A stretch of 64,000 nucleotides of DNA, from assembly GCA_043804895.1 (NCBI GenBank), contig JAZDIN010000025.1, positions 64,001 to 128,000 of the forward strand, read 5' to 3'. Of this stretch, positions 10,844 to 20,495 are shown piece after piece. The position numbers and the translations under genes were made by a program. This DNA is from Candidatus Altiarchaeota archaeon (GTDB lineage Archaea > Altiarchaeota > Altiarchaeia > IMC4 > SCGC-AAA252-I15). Below the pieces are notes generated by a model. That model was not told where the DNA came from, ran no database searches, and was given only the letters and a program-made list of their open reading frames with translations. Position 1 is the first letter of the stretch, and each line of letters begins with the position of its first letter.

Positions 10844-11590
10844 ATGGCAACAGCCGACGACGTAAAGGATGCGAACAGGCGATTTTTCGACTTAGCAGCC
10901 GACGTCTACGAGGGTGTTGACAAACGGCGTGGCGATAAGGTTAGCAGATGGCTTGACGACGGCATAGGTGAGTTGAGTAAGAGAGCTACTGGTGGCGCGT
11001 TACTCGACATCGGATGCGGGACGGGATTTGTGATGCGAAAGTCAAATGGCAAGTTCAACCTCATAGTCGGCGTTGACATAAGCCCGAACATGCTAAAGCA
11101 GACTAATGTCGGTTATCCTGTCTGCGCTGACACCGATTACCTCCCATTCAAGGGCGGAGTCTTCGATGCCGCGGCGTCTGTGGCTGTGCTACATCACATA
11201 CTCGACCACAAGTCTATGTTCCAAGAAGCGCAGAGGGTCCTCAGGAAAGGTGGTGTATTCTACAGCGACCATGACATAGACTCCGAGTTCGTTAAAAAGT
11301 TCGGCTGGCTTGTAAGGTTGAGGCGGAGATTCTGCGACAATAGCATAGCCTATCTCAGGGCTAAAAAAGACCTCACCAAGGAACTGTATGAGAAATCAGA
11401 GATACACCACGACGGAGTTGACTCCCCTCTGCTCAAGACTCAACTCCAAGATGCAGGATTCTCAAAAGTGAAAGTCAGATACCACTGGCTCGGCCTAAAC
11501 ACAGCCCTGAATGTTATACTATCACTTCCCCCCCTCAAATATCTGCCTCACGGATTCGCACCGAACGCATCATTTTGGGCTGTAAAATGA
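10844..11590 (+). CDS. Class I SAM-dependent methyltransferase
   Basis: LDIGCGTG, VDISPNML, LPF..GVFD, VLHHI. Confidence 0.9.
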   Translation: MATADDVKDANRRFFDLAADVYEGVDKRRGDKVSRWLDDGIGELSKRATGGALLDIGCGTGFVMRKSNGKFNLIVGVDISPNMLKQTNVGYPVCADTDYLPFKGGVFDAAASVAVLHHILDHKSMFQEAQRVLRKGGVFYSDHDIDSEFVKKFGWLVRLRRRFCDNSIAYLRAKKDLTKELYEKSEIHHDGVDSPLLKTQLQDAGFSKVKVRYHWLGLNTALNVILSLPPLKYLPHGFAPNASFWAVK

Positions 11591-13014
11591 AGATACTCCT
11601 CATTAACCCGCCGAACTACCACATAGCCAAATCCTCCTCAGGCTGGGACATGGAAATAGACAACATCGGACTTTACCCCCCCATCGGCCTCATGTACATC
11701 GCTGCATACATGAGGAAGAACACAGACTATGAAATCAGGATTCTTGACACGCTAGTTGACAGATTAAGCTACGATGAGATAGGCGAACACGCCAGAAAAT
11801 ACAACCCAAACCTTGTGGGAGTAACCTCCTTCACCCTAACATTCTACGACGTTATGGAAACCATCAAATCCGTACGGAAGGCCTGCCCGGGGGCGCACAT
11901 AAACGTCGGAGGCCCACACACTTTCCTCTGGTGGGAGGATACGATCAAGAAACCAGAAGTAGATTCAGTGCTCCTGGGTGAAGGTGAAGTTTCCTTCACC
12001 CAGCTTGCAGAAACGCTTGAAAGAAAAGGCGAACTGAAGGGTGTTAAAGGTATTGTACTTAAGGATGGCGACAAAATCATAAAGACCGGGAACGGTGAAC
12101 TAATCAGGAATCTTGATGAACTGCCTTTCCCAGCATTTGATCTGGTCCCGTATAAGAGGTACAACTCCATCAATTCACGCGAAAAATCACTGGCAGTCAT
12201 ATTCAGCTCTAGGGGGTGTCCATTCCAATGCACATACTGCGACAAGACCAACTTCCTCTACAGGGGCAGGAGCGTCGAGAACATACTGGATGAGATGCAA
12301 CAGTACTATTCTGCCGGAATCCGCGAGTTCCTCTTCTTCGACGACCTGTTCAACATAAACCCCAAAAAGGTCATCGACGTCTCGGAGGGGATAATGCGCC
12401 GCGGATTCAAGATACGCTGGACGTTCAGGGCTAGGGTGGACCAGGTCACAGACGAAATGGTGAAGGCAGCGAAAAAATCAGGGTGCACCCTAATATCATT
12501 CGGGGTCGAAGACTGCACAGACGAAGGCCTGCGGATGATAAAAAAGGGGATAACGACAGAGCAGGTACTGGAGGCGGTCGAGACTGCCAAAAAGCATGGC
12601 CTTGAGACGAGCACCAACTGGATTATTGGCCTCCCACGGCACAAGAGCGAGAAGGATGTGATGGAGCTTTTGGATTTCGCGAAGAAGGTCGATTCCACAT
12701 ATGCTGAATTCACCATACTAGTGCCCTATTACGGCACGCAAATATACTGGGAGGGTATAACGAAGGGGGTTATCAAGGCCGGCATATGGGAGGGTTTCGT
12801 TAGGAGTCCACAACCAGACTTCCTCCTGCCCATGTGGGAAGAACACCTAAGTCGTGAAAAACTAAGCGAACTATATCACAAATGCTACAAAGGCTACTAC
12901 TGGAGGTCGAAATACGTGCTAAAAAGCCTCCTTAACACAAAAAACCTCAACGAACTATGCAAGAAAGCAATCGCAGCCATGAAGATACTGGGTGTGGCGT
13001 CAAAGAAAAAATGA
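11587..13014 (+). CDS. B12-binding radical SAM protein (class B methyltransferase-like)
   Basis: MKILLINPP, PPIGLMYIAA, GGPH, GEGE, SRGCPFQCTYC. ATGA overlap with the upstream gene. Confidence 0.92.
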   Translation: MKILLINPPNYHIAKSSSGWDMEIDNIGLYPPIGLMYIAAYMRKNTDYEIRILDTLVDRLSYDEIGEHARKYNPNLVGVTSFTLTFYDVMETIKSVRKACPGAHINVGGPHTFLWWEDTIKKPEVDSVLLGEGEVSFTQLAETLERKGELKGVKGIVLKDGDKIIKTGNGELIRNLDELPFPAFDLVPYKRYNSINSREKSLAVIFSSRGCPFQCTYCDKTNFLYRGRSVENILDEMQQYYSAGIREFLFFDDLFNINPKKVIDVSEGIMRRGFKIRWTFRARVDQVTDEMVKAAKKSGCTLISFGVEDCTDEGLRMIKKGITTEQVLEAVETAKKHGLETSTNWIIGLPRHKSEKDVMELLDFAKKVDSTYAEFTILVPYYGTQIYWEGITKGVIKAGIWEGFVRSPQPDFLLPMWEEHLSREKLSELYHKCYKGYYWRSKYVLKSLLNTKNLNELCKKAIAAMKILGVASKKK

Positions 13015-13964
13015 TAAAGAAAAAATACCTTGCATTAGTGAGCGTAGCACTAATACTCATAATAATCTACTCGAGCAATCCTTCATCTCTGGTCGAGAAT
13101 ATACTTAAGATTAAGGTTGAAGTCCTACCCAAACTTGCCGCCCTCCTTATCATCTCGATTTTCTTGAGGACATTAAAGTGGCAGTTTGTCTTGAACAAAA
13201 CAAAAAGGGTCTCGTTTGCATCGCTCCTCCCCGTTAACCTATCTGGTGTGCTTTTGCGCGATACACTGCCTGCAAAGGTCGGTGAGCCACTTAAGGCGTT
13301 GCTTTTGAAGGATATCTTCAGCATACCAATCTCCAAGGGTATAGTATCTGTGGTGTGGGATCGACTCATTGACTTCATAGCGCTTGCATCGCTTACAGTC
13401 CTGTTTCTCGCATTAACTCTGGGAAATTTTGGAAGTAGCGGTGTCTTAGCAGGGTTGGGTGGAATTGCAATCGTACTTATTGCATGCGTTGTGGCCGTTT
13501 TCGGGCTGATTGATAAGAAAGTCGGAGCCATAGTCATAAAACCCTTCTCAAAAACCCTGTTCTTCAGGAGGTTTCTTACTGTAGATGCGGTGGATTCATT
13601 TTATTCGACCAGCGTAGGATTGACTAATGTTGTAATCAACTACATATTAACTCTTTTTTCAGTATGTGTGGAGGGCCTTATGTTCTATGTTGTGTTATTG
13701 TCGATGGGTGTTAACATTAATCCACTATACGTTGTATCTGCCTTTTCCTTCTCTGTAATCTGTGGTTCTGTCAGTTTCCTCCCAGCAGGCATAGGTTCAC
13801 TTGAGGCGGTCTTCATATTGTCTCTGATGTACGACGGCGTAAACCAAAGTCAGGCTGCTGCTTGCATAATATCTGTCCGGTCATTCAGCATACTATCAAT
13901 GTATCTACTTGGACTTCTATCCTCCACAGTATGTATAAAAAAAGGCTCCAGCTTAGAATCCTAG
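13011..13964 (+). CDS. Lysylphosphatidylglycerol-synthase-TM (UPF0104) flippase-like membrane protein
   Basis: LPAKVGE, DRLID, PAGIGSLE motifs; about 8 TM helices. Confidence 0.8.
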   Translation: MIKKKYLALVSVALILIIIYSSNPSSLVENILKIKVEVLPKLAALLIISIFLRTLKWQFVLNKTKRVSFASLLPVNLSGVLLRDTLPAKVGEPLKALLLKDIFSIPISKGIVSVVWDRLIDFIALASLTVLFLALTLGNFGSSGVLAGLGGIAIVLIACVVAVFGLIDKKVGAIVIKPFSKTLFFRRFLTVDAVDSFYSTSVGLTNVVINYILTLFSVCVEGLMFYVVLLSMGVNINPLYVVSAFSFSVICGSVSFLPAGIGSLEAVFILSLMYDGVNQSQAAACIISVRSFSILSMYLLGLLSSTVCIKKGSSLES

Positions 13965-14945
13965 CTTCTCCTTCAAGATTAAGATAATGCCCTCAACCAT
14001 GCCAACACCCATGGCTAGGCTTCTGTATATCATGAGTGGGAATACTAGGAGTGTCTCAGTTTTTTGAAATTTCTTAGATATTGTTATAGTGTAGTTGAGC
14101 ATGAGCGCCAGGTAGAAGATGAGAAGGAGGATATATGGTGTGGTTAGTTGTGGCTCTACTACTACTGGCAACAGACTTAAAATAAGAACCCACACGAGCG
14201 GCGGTGTTATCATTAGCGTCGGATTCGCCAAGTTGTCTCCTTTGATGCCGTGCGGGTGTTTTATAAGTATCTGGAACCTGGACTTTGAGGTTTGGGATTG
14301 CTGCCTCCAGTATGATTTAAGGCCCGCCCTGTGGTAATGCCAGACCCTTGCTTTAGGGTTGAATTCTATCTTGTAGCCTGCCTCGTTGACCCTGTATCCT
14401 ATGTCTACGTCGTAGCCTGTCCTGAACTGAGTGTCATAGCCCCCAACCTCTTCAAGTACTTTCCTCCTGTATGCTAGGTTGCTGTCCTGCGGCGAGAGGA
14501 TGTATCTTGGGTATCTTGAGTATCTGTATTCCAGCTCGTATCCTATTAGTCTCTGGAGGATGTTCATACCATCCGGCGTTATCACATTCCCCGTGGCTCC
14601 GCCCACCGCGGAATCCTGGAAGGGCTTTAGTATCTCAGTCAGCCAGTCTTTCGCGACGACGCAGTCTGCATTGGTCACCGCAACCAAATCGGACTTAGCG
14701 GCCTTCCACCCGATGTTGATTGCGTTTCCAGCCCCGAGGACGCCACCCCCCTTCAGTATCGTCGTCTCTATCCTAAGGTGTTCCCTCTTGAACTTTCTCA
14801 TAATCTCGAAAGTCTTGTCTGTGCTGCCGTCATCAATCAGAATCAATTCGAACCCATCTGGGAATTCCAACTCGGCTATCGACTTAAGGCACATCTCTAA
14901 TGTGTCTTGCCCGTTCTTGCATGGTATCACAATGCTTGCCTTCAC
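13953..14945 (-). CDS. GT2 glycosyltransferase with C-terminal TM helices
   Basis: SIVIP, IDDGSTDKT, NADC, EVGGYD, DVDIGYR. Confidence 0.9.
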   Translation of the reverse strand: MKASIVIPCKNGQDTLEMCLKSIAELEFPDGFELILIDDGSTDKTFEIMRKFKREHLRIETTILKGGGVLGAGNAINIGWKAAKSDLVAVTNADCVVAKDWLTEILKPFQDSAVGGATGNVITPDGMNILQRLIGYELEYRYSRYPRYILSPQDSNLAYRRKVLEEVGGYDTQFRTGYDVDIGYRVNEAGYKIEFNPKARVWHYHRAGLKSYWRQQSQTSKSRFQILIKHPHGIKGDNLANPTLMITPPLVWVLILSLLPVVVEPQLTTPYILLLIFYLALMLNYTITISKKFQKTETLLVFPLMIYRSLAMGVGMVEGIILILKEKLGF

Positions 14946-15847
14946 TTAAGCTGCCTCCTGATAAGCTGGTCTAAGAGTATGTTCTGGCTTCTTATGGAGT
15001 GTAGTATAAGGCCGATTGCTATGAACTGTATGCCAAGGATTATGAAGGAGAGGGATGCGATTAGGCTGAGCATCATCATCTGGCTGTATGGAGTCGACGT
15101 CAGTGAGAGAATCGATATTATGAGGCCAATTGTGAGGGACACTATCGACAGTATCGAGAACAGGAACATCGGCCTATAGTCCCTCAACAGGGTTATTATC
15201 GTCCATAGTATTATGAAGCCGTCACTGAAGGAGTCGAGCTTGGATTCGCTACCTTTCGGGCGGGACCTGTATCTTATCGGAACCTCCTTTATTCTGAAAT
15301 TCTCTATTAGGGTCCTTATCGTCAGTTCAGTCTCTATCTCAAAGCCACTTGATATAAGGTTAAGGTGTTTGGCAAGGTTCCGGTTCAACACCCTGTATCC
15401 AGAGAGCACGTCCTCAAGTTTCATGCCGAAGGAAGTGTTTATCATGGTGACTATAGCCCAGTTGCCAAAGACATGGAGCCTCTTCATCGAATCCGATTCC
15501 TTGTCCCCAATCCTTGAGCCTACTGTCATGTCACATTCGCCGTCCAAGACTGGCTTTAGAAGATTCTTAACGTCCTCTGCAGGGTACGTGTCGTCCCCGT
15601 CAACAAATACGTAGTAGTCTGCATCGATGTTGTCAAGGGCGGATTTCATCACGAAACCCTTGCCTCTGCGCGTTTCAGTCAGGACCTTGGCCCCGGCTTT
15701 CTTTGCAGCCTCCACAGTCCCATCGGTTGAGTTGTTGTTGTAGACTATTATGTCGGCGTCTGGAATCTCCCTCCTGAAATCCTTCACCACCTTTCCTATA
15801 CTCTTCTCCTCGTTCAAGGCCGGGATTATTACTGCTGTCCTCACCAT
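14942..15847 (-). CDS. GT2 polyprenol-phosphate glycosyltransferase with 2 C-terminal TM helices
   Basis: VIIPALNEE, VDGDDTYP, SGYR, GFEIETE, RPKGSESKL. Start ATG 15847 (the longer ORF runs into the upstream gene). Confidence 0.9.
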   Translation of the reverse strand: MVRTAVIIPALNEEKSIGKVVKDFRREIPDADIIVYNNNSTDGTVEAAKKAGAKVLTETRRGKGFVMKSALDNIDADYYVFVDGDDTYPAEDVKNLLKPVLDGECDMTVGSRIGDKESDSMKRLHVFGNWAIVTMINTSFGMKLEDVLSGYRVLNRNLAKHLNLISSGFEIETELTIRTLIENFRIKEVPIRYRSRPKGSESKLDSFSDGFIILWTIITLLRDYRPMFLFSILSIVSLTIGLIISILSLTSTPYSQMMMLSLIASLSFIILGIQFIAIGLILHSIRSQNILLDQLIRRQLK

Positions 15848-17226
15848 TTTTTCCAAAACATCGCAGGCAACGCATACCTTGCCGCACTCAAAATGTGCTC
15901 CAATTCCCCGGGGTTCCTGAGGGTCCTCAGCATATACTTGGGTCTCAGGTAATAAGACCTGACGCCCCTTTTCGCCCACTCCCTGATTTCCTCGTTGCTC
16001 ATGTGCGGGTAGCTAACTTCGCCGTTTTTTAGGCAGCCTCTTGAATTGAGCTCCGCATACATCGGGGCTGCCTTCGTGATTACTGGTATTGAGTACTGTA
16101 TTGTCTCCACGTCAAGCGAATTAGCCCAATTTACCGTGTTTTTTATCGTCTCCTCCGTCTCTCCTGGCAGTCCGACTACGAAGTCTGCGTGTATCTCAAG
16201 GCCAGCTTTTTTAGCGTCTTTCGTGAACCTCTCCATAGTCTCCCTTGTAATGCCTTTCCTTATGTTTTTCAGTATCGTCGGGTCAGCGGATTCATACCCT
16301 ACATGCAACACCCTACATCCCGCCTTCTTCATCTTCTCCATCGTCTCAAGCTTCAGGTCGCCTTTGGCGTAGCAGCCCCATGTCACATCCAGCTTTTGCC
16401 TTATCACCTCCTCAGAAATCTCATCAGCCCACCATCCTGGCAGCATGTCATCTTGGAAGAACTGCTCCTTAATCTGCGGGAGGTTCTCCTTCACCCATCT
16501 CATCTCCTCCACGACATTGCTGGCGCTCCTGTGCCTGTACACTCCGGCCTCAGTTAGGGTGTTAACCCACAGGCAGAAGGTGCACATACCCCACACGCAC
16601 CCGCGGCCTGTGAACATGTCAATGAACGGGTGCTTTTGCGCCACGACATGGTAGTTCCTGAAGTCCAGGTTCCTGCTGTAGAATTCGGTCACGAATGGGA
16701 AACTGTCTAAGTCTCCCTCAGGAATAGGAGGCCTCGGCTTGTTCTTAACGATTTTTCCGTTCCTCCTCCACATCAACCCCTCGATTTCAGCCGAGTTTTT
16801 GCCTGCAGCCAGGTCCCGTATGGTGTAGTCGAACTCACCGTATGCGACGTAGTCTATCTCATCAGAGGAGTTCATGACAGCGTCCGTGTCAATCGTAACC
16901 CAAGGGCCTGCGTAGACGATTCTCGAGCCAGTCTGCGACTTTATCTCATCGGCCAGTTTGGAGTCGTCTTTGAGGCTTCTCGTCGAACTATACAGTAGCG
17001 TCAAATCAGGCGATAACTTCTTAGCCTTCTCAAGTACCTGTTCAGGCGTCAGGTTCTCTGGTGGGGCGTCGACAAGCTTGACATTATGTCCCTCACGTTC
17101 AAGCAGGGCTCCGCAGTATCCGAGCCATATGGGGTACCATTGCGTGCCTGAGATTGACACTCCTTCACATCGCGCGTTCCGCATGAAATACTTCACGTAC
17201 GGCGGATTCAGTAACAAGACATCCAT
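15841..17226 (-). CDS. B12-binding-type radical SAM protein, HpnJ/calditol-synthase-like
   Basis: LLNPP..WYPIWLG, HPFIDMFTGRGCVWGMCTFCLW, VGYES, IHADFVVGLPGET. Family assignment is from recalled HpnJ signatures. Confidence 0.75.
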   Translation of the reverse strand: MDVLLLNPPYVKYFMRNARCEGVSISGTQWYPIWLGYCGALLEREGHNVKLVDAPPENLTPEQVLEKAKKLSPDLTLLYSSTRSLKDDSKLADEIKSQTGSRIVYAGPWVTIDTDAVMNSSDEIDYVAYGEFDYTIRDLAAGKNSAEIEGLMWRRNGKIVKNKPRPPIPEGDLDSFPFVTEFYSRNLDFRNYHVVAQKHPFIDMFTGRGCVWGMCTFCLWVNTLTEAGVYRHRSASNVVEEMRWVKENLPQIKEQFFQDDMLPGWWADEISEEVIRQKLDVTWGCYAKGDLKLETMEKMKKAGCRVLHVGYESADPTILKNIRKGITRETMERFTKDAKKAGLEIHADFVVGLPGETEETIKNTVNWANSLDVETIQYSIPVITKAAPMYAELNSRGCLKNGEVSYPHMSNEEIREWAKRGVRSYYLRPKYMLRTLRNPGELEHILSAARYALPAMFWKKW

Positions 17227-17318
17227 TGCTGTTCATCTCATGTTTGCCAGCATTTATCCCCTACCCTTGCTGTCGTACTCTATGTATGGCTTTATCCCCT
17301 TAAAGCGGTCGCATACTC

Positions 17319-18038
17319 TCATCTTAACCTTAGGATTTTGGCAACCCTTGAAAGGAACCCTAAGGCGAGGACTCTCGAATATCCTGGGCCTATGTTCATG
17401 TAGTTGAGCTTTGACTTTCCCTGCCTGCGGTCGACGTAGCTGATGGGTATCTCGCCTATTCTATAACCTTCTATCGTGGCTTTCACCACAAGTTCGGAGT
17501 GTATCTCAGGCCCCGTTGACTTCAGATTCAGGGATTCGAACGTTTTTTTGTGGAATCCCCTGTAGCCGCTTGTTATGTCAGCCACTTTGACACTGATGAG
17601 CGCTCTGGAGACTATGTTGTAGGTGCCTGATATAACATTCCTTGTGGTCCCCCTCTTGAGGTTACCCCCGCTCATGAACCTTGAACCAACTACCACATCA
17701 TGCTCCTTCAAACTATTAACGAAGTTTGCTATCTCCTTTGGGTCATGGCTTAGGTCAGCATCCATGAAAACCACCAATTCGTTTGATGCAACGCCGACAC
17801 CCTCCCTGAGTGCATTGCCGAGGCCATTTCTGACCTCTCTAGCAAGCACTTTAACATTCCCGTATACGGAGTTCATCTTCCGCGCCAGTTCTGGTGTCCC
17901 ATCAGTTGATAAGTCGTCCACGACAATAACCTCACCATGTAAGCCTGCAGCATCGAAAATCCTCTCTACCCTTGGTATCAGCTCTTTTATGTTTTCAGCC
18001 TCGTTTATGGTCGGTATAACAACTGAAACTGAGTCCAT
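17319..18038 (-). CDS. GT2 polyprenol-phosphate glycosyltransferase (DPM1-like)
   Basis: VIPTINE, VDDLSTDGT, MDADLSHDP, GSRF, DRRQGKSKL. Confidence 0.9.
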   Translation of the reverse strand: MDSVSVVIPTINEAENIKELIPRVERIFDAAGLHGEVIVVDDLSTDGTPELARKMNSVYGNVKVLAREVRNGLGNALREGVGVASNELVVFMDADLSHDPKEIANFVNSLKEHDVVVGSRFMSGGNLKRGTTRNVISGTYNIVSRALISVKVADITSGYRGFHKKTFESLNLKSTGPEIHSELVVKATIEGYRIGEIPISYVDRRQGKSKLNYMNIGPGYSRVLALGFLSRVAKILRLR

Positions 18039-18042
18039 ATGT

Positions 18043-18933
18043 TCAACCGCCAGCCTCCTTTATCCTCCCTAACCCCTCTGCCATACTGGTTTTTGGTTTC
18101 CAACCTAATGCGCAGAGTTTTGTGTTGTCTGAGCGTATATCCTTACTCTCCTTCCTCAACTTAGCTGAATCCAGATTAACCTCTGGTCTGCGTCCGTATA
18201 ATCCAGCCGCTGTCTTAACAACGTCGCCTAATTGCATGCTTTTTCCGCCGCCGACGTTGAAGATGTTTAATCCCCTGACTCGTTTTTCTATGAGTATCAT
18301 GTATGCGTCCACTAGGTCGTCTACGTATAGAAAGTCCCTCTTAACTGTGATGTTTCCCAACTTGAGTTTATTGCCTTCTGAAAGCTGATTTAAAAGTGTG
18401 GGTATGAAAAAGTCGCCCGCCTGTCCTGGCCCGTAGATATTAAACTGTCGAAGTATTATGAAAAATCCTCCCCGTTCCTCGTGGAATACTCTTATTAGGT
18501 CTTCAGCAGCCTTTTTAGACCTACCGTAGCTGTTCGTCGGATTTGTTGGGTGTTTTTCGTCAACAGGCAGATACTTCGGTTCACCATAAACCTTCGAGGA
18601 TGATGCGAAGATGTAATTCGCATTCTCGCACTTGGTATGGAACTTAAGCGTATTGTATGTTCCAATGACGTTTATATCGTACGTCTTAAGCAAATCTTCC
18701 TCTGCTTCGGGTATAAATGAAATTCCTGCAAGATGCACGACACAGTCTATGTCCAAGGGCAGGCTCCTGAAACTCCGGAAGTCCGATACATCAACACTGT
18801 GGTGTTCCACACCTGCCAATCCGGCACGCTTGATGTCGGCGCCGACAACTGCATACCCGCCCTCGACAAGGCGTTTGCACAGGTTGGCTCCTATGAATCC
18901 AGAGTAGCCGGTGACCAGAATGTTACCAGTCAA
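18043..18933 (-). CDS. NAD(P)-dependent nucleotide-sugar reductase/epimerase (Rmd-like)
   Basis: GYSGFIG, YGRSK, RQFNIYGPGQ, GNITVKRDF. Likely TTG start 18933 overlapping the upstream gene's end. Confidence 0.8.
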   Translation of the reverse strand: MTGNILVTGYSGFIGANLCKRLVEGGYAVVGADIKRAGLAGVEHHSVDVSDFRSFRSLPLDIDCVVHLAGISFIPEAEEDLLKTYDINVIGTYNTLKFHTKCENANYIFASSSKVYGEPKYLPVDEKHPTNPTNSYGRSKKAAEDLIRVFHEERGGFFIILRQFNIYGPGQAGDFFIPTLLNQLSEGNKLKLGNITVKRDFLYVDDLVDAYMILIEKRVRGLNIFNVGGGKSMQLGDVVKTAAGLYGRRPEVNLDSAKLRKESKDIRSDNTKLCALGWKPKTSMAEGLGRIKEAGG

Positions 18934-19993
18934 TCCTACCCCACCATTTATCCTTGTTTTCTGCGTAGTATTTGATGGTCTCCTTAACACTTTCCCTTCT
19001 GTCATGCCGGGGTATCCATCCTGTCTCTCTCCTCATCTTCGTATAATCCACTCCAAGCCTCATCAAGTCGGTCTTACCTGGTCTGTACCTCACTTTATCC
19101 TCCCTCACCTTGACAGTACCCCAATACCCTTCCTCCTGTCCACATTCTATTATGAATTTGGCCCAGTCGCCAATGCTAATGTCCTTGCCGTAGCCGTAGG
19201 AGTATGTCTGCCCTGGCTTCCCTTTGAGTGTCGCGTAGATGTGTCCTCTCACGCCATCTAGGACGTAGGTGAAGTCTCTCGTAGGCTTAAGTGCCCCCAA
19301 TAGCACCTCCTTCTTGTTCAGGGCCTGCGTTATAATTGTCCCTGTCACATACCTGGGACTCTGCCTTGGGCCGTAGTTGTTGAACATACGGGTTATAACC
19401 GTCGGCACGCCATAGGCGTTGTAGAAGTTCTTGCATAGGAAGTCTCCCGCGACTTTAGAGACTGCATAAGGGCTTTCGGGATTGATAGGGCTTCTCTCGT
19501 TGAATATGATTATGCCATCCTTGTTGAACGTGTACAGGTCTTTCATCTCCTCTACCATGTTGCCGAATTCTTCGCTCGTGCCTGCAAAGTCCATTTTCAA
19601 CAGGTCAAGGTCCTCATCGACTACCGATTGTAGGATGTTTAGCGTCCCGATGGTGTTCGCTTGGAATGTCTCATAAGGGCGCTGCCAGCTTTCCCCTACG
19701 TGTGCCTGCGCCCCAAGGTGGAAGATTATCGGCTTGTCTTTTGCCTCAGCCTTGAGCCTCCTGATAGTCAACCTCACTGACAAGGGGTCGGCTAGGTCTC
19801 CTCTGTGCACCTTGACTTTCCTCAGGAGATGCCCGATGTTCTTCATCTCCCCGCTTGATGTCGCCCTAATGAACACATGAACGTCGCTTCCGTATTCAAC
19901 AAGCTTCTCTGTCAGGTGGCTTCCCATGAAGCCGTCAGCTCCCGTCACAAGGATCGTCCTATCCCTCAACTCCCCCACAAGCCTGTCTTCCAT
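18923..19993 (-). CDS. NDP-sugar 4,6-dehydratase (GDP-mannose/dTDP-glucose 4,6-dehydratase family)
   Basis: GADGFMGSHL, GAQAHVGESW, GTSEE, YAVSK, RMFNNYGPRQ. Confidence 0.85.
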   Translation of the reverse strand: MEDRLVGELRDRTILVTGADGFMGSHLTEKLVEYGSDVHVFIRATSSGEMKNIGHLLRKVKVHRGDLADPLSVRLTIRRLKAEAKDKPIIFHLGAQAHVGESWQRPYETFQANTIGTLNILQSVVDEDLDLLKMDFAGTSEEFGNMVEEMKDLYTFNKDGIIIFNERSPINPESPYAVSKVAGDFLCKNFYNAYGVPTVITRMFNNYGPRQSPRYVTGTIITQALNKKEVLLGALKPTRDFTYVLDGVRGHIYATLKGKPGQTYSYGYGKDISIGDWAKFIIECGQEEGYWGTVKVREDKVRYRPGKTDLMRLGVDYTKMRRETGWIPRHDRRESVKETIKYYAENKDKWWGRIDW

Positions 19994-20147
19994 AACCAAG
20001 ATATTATTTTCCCCCGTTAAAATATAGCGGATAGGGAATACTTTGGAATTTCGGTTTTCCCTATCCAATATATCTAATAATCCTGGGGTTTGGTGAATTC
20101 TATTCTATGAAAGTTTAATTCTCAGGATTATTCGCTATAGCCAAAGT

Positions 20148-20495
20148 TCACTGGCCAAATCCTATGAGGGTGACACCCAGGATGATGAACGCTATCCCTG
20201 CCCACTTTAATGTAGTCATCCTCTCCCCAAGGTATTTTTGTGAGAGTACGCACACCCAGATGTAGCCTGTTGAGACAAGCGGGAAGAGCACCGAAAGTTC
20301 ACCGCCTTTTATGCCGATGACGTAGAAAACCGTGGATGACCCGTATATCAGCACTCCCTTCATCAGGTCGAAGTTCGTCAATATGGACTTGATGTTGGGT
20401 TTCAGCTTTCCTGCTCCTTTCTTGAAGTAGAGCGAGCCAAACGAGCCAACGAATGCTGCAAGCAAGACCATAGCTGCAGCCCACGCCTCTGTCAT
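20148..20495 (-). CDS. Small 4-TM DMT/EamA-type protein (ArnE/ArnF-like)
   Basis: 115 aa, GELSVLFPL, YLGERMT..KWAGI. Confidence 0.75.
   Translation of the reverse strand: MTEAWAAAMVLLAAFVGSFGSLYFKKGAGKLKPNIKSILTNFDLMKGVLIYGSSTVFYVIGIKGGELSVLFPLVSTGYIWVCVLSQKYLGERMTTLKWAGIAFIILGVTLIGFGQ

Noticed and set aside
15848-15979. Long N-terminal extensions given by the ORF track (this GT2; also 3679, 19005, 20068, 21510, 29962, 37224, 37738)
   Set aside because: The extensions overlap neighbouring genes or spacers, and the family motifs begin at the downstream starts used.
8393-17226. Hopanoid biosynthesis cluster (HpnA-like plus HpnJ-like genes)
   Set aside because: No squalene-hopene cyclase or squalene synthesis genes are in the window and the host is archaeal; the similarity is at family level only.
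17247-17301. Short direct repeat tttatcccct (2 copies) upstream of the HpnJ-like gene
   Set aside because: 10-bp match only; cannot be distinguished from chance or an ordinary promoter without homologous regions.
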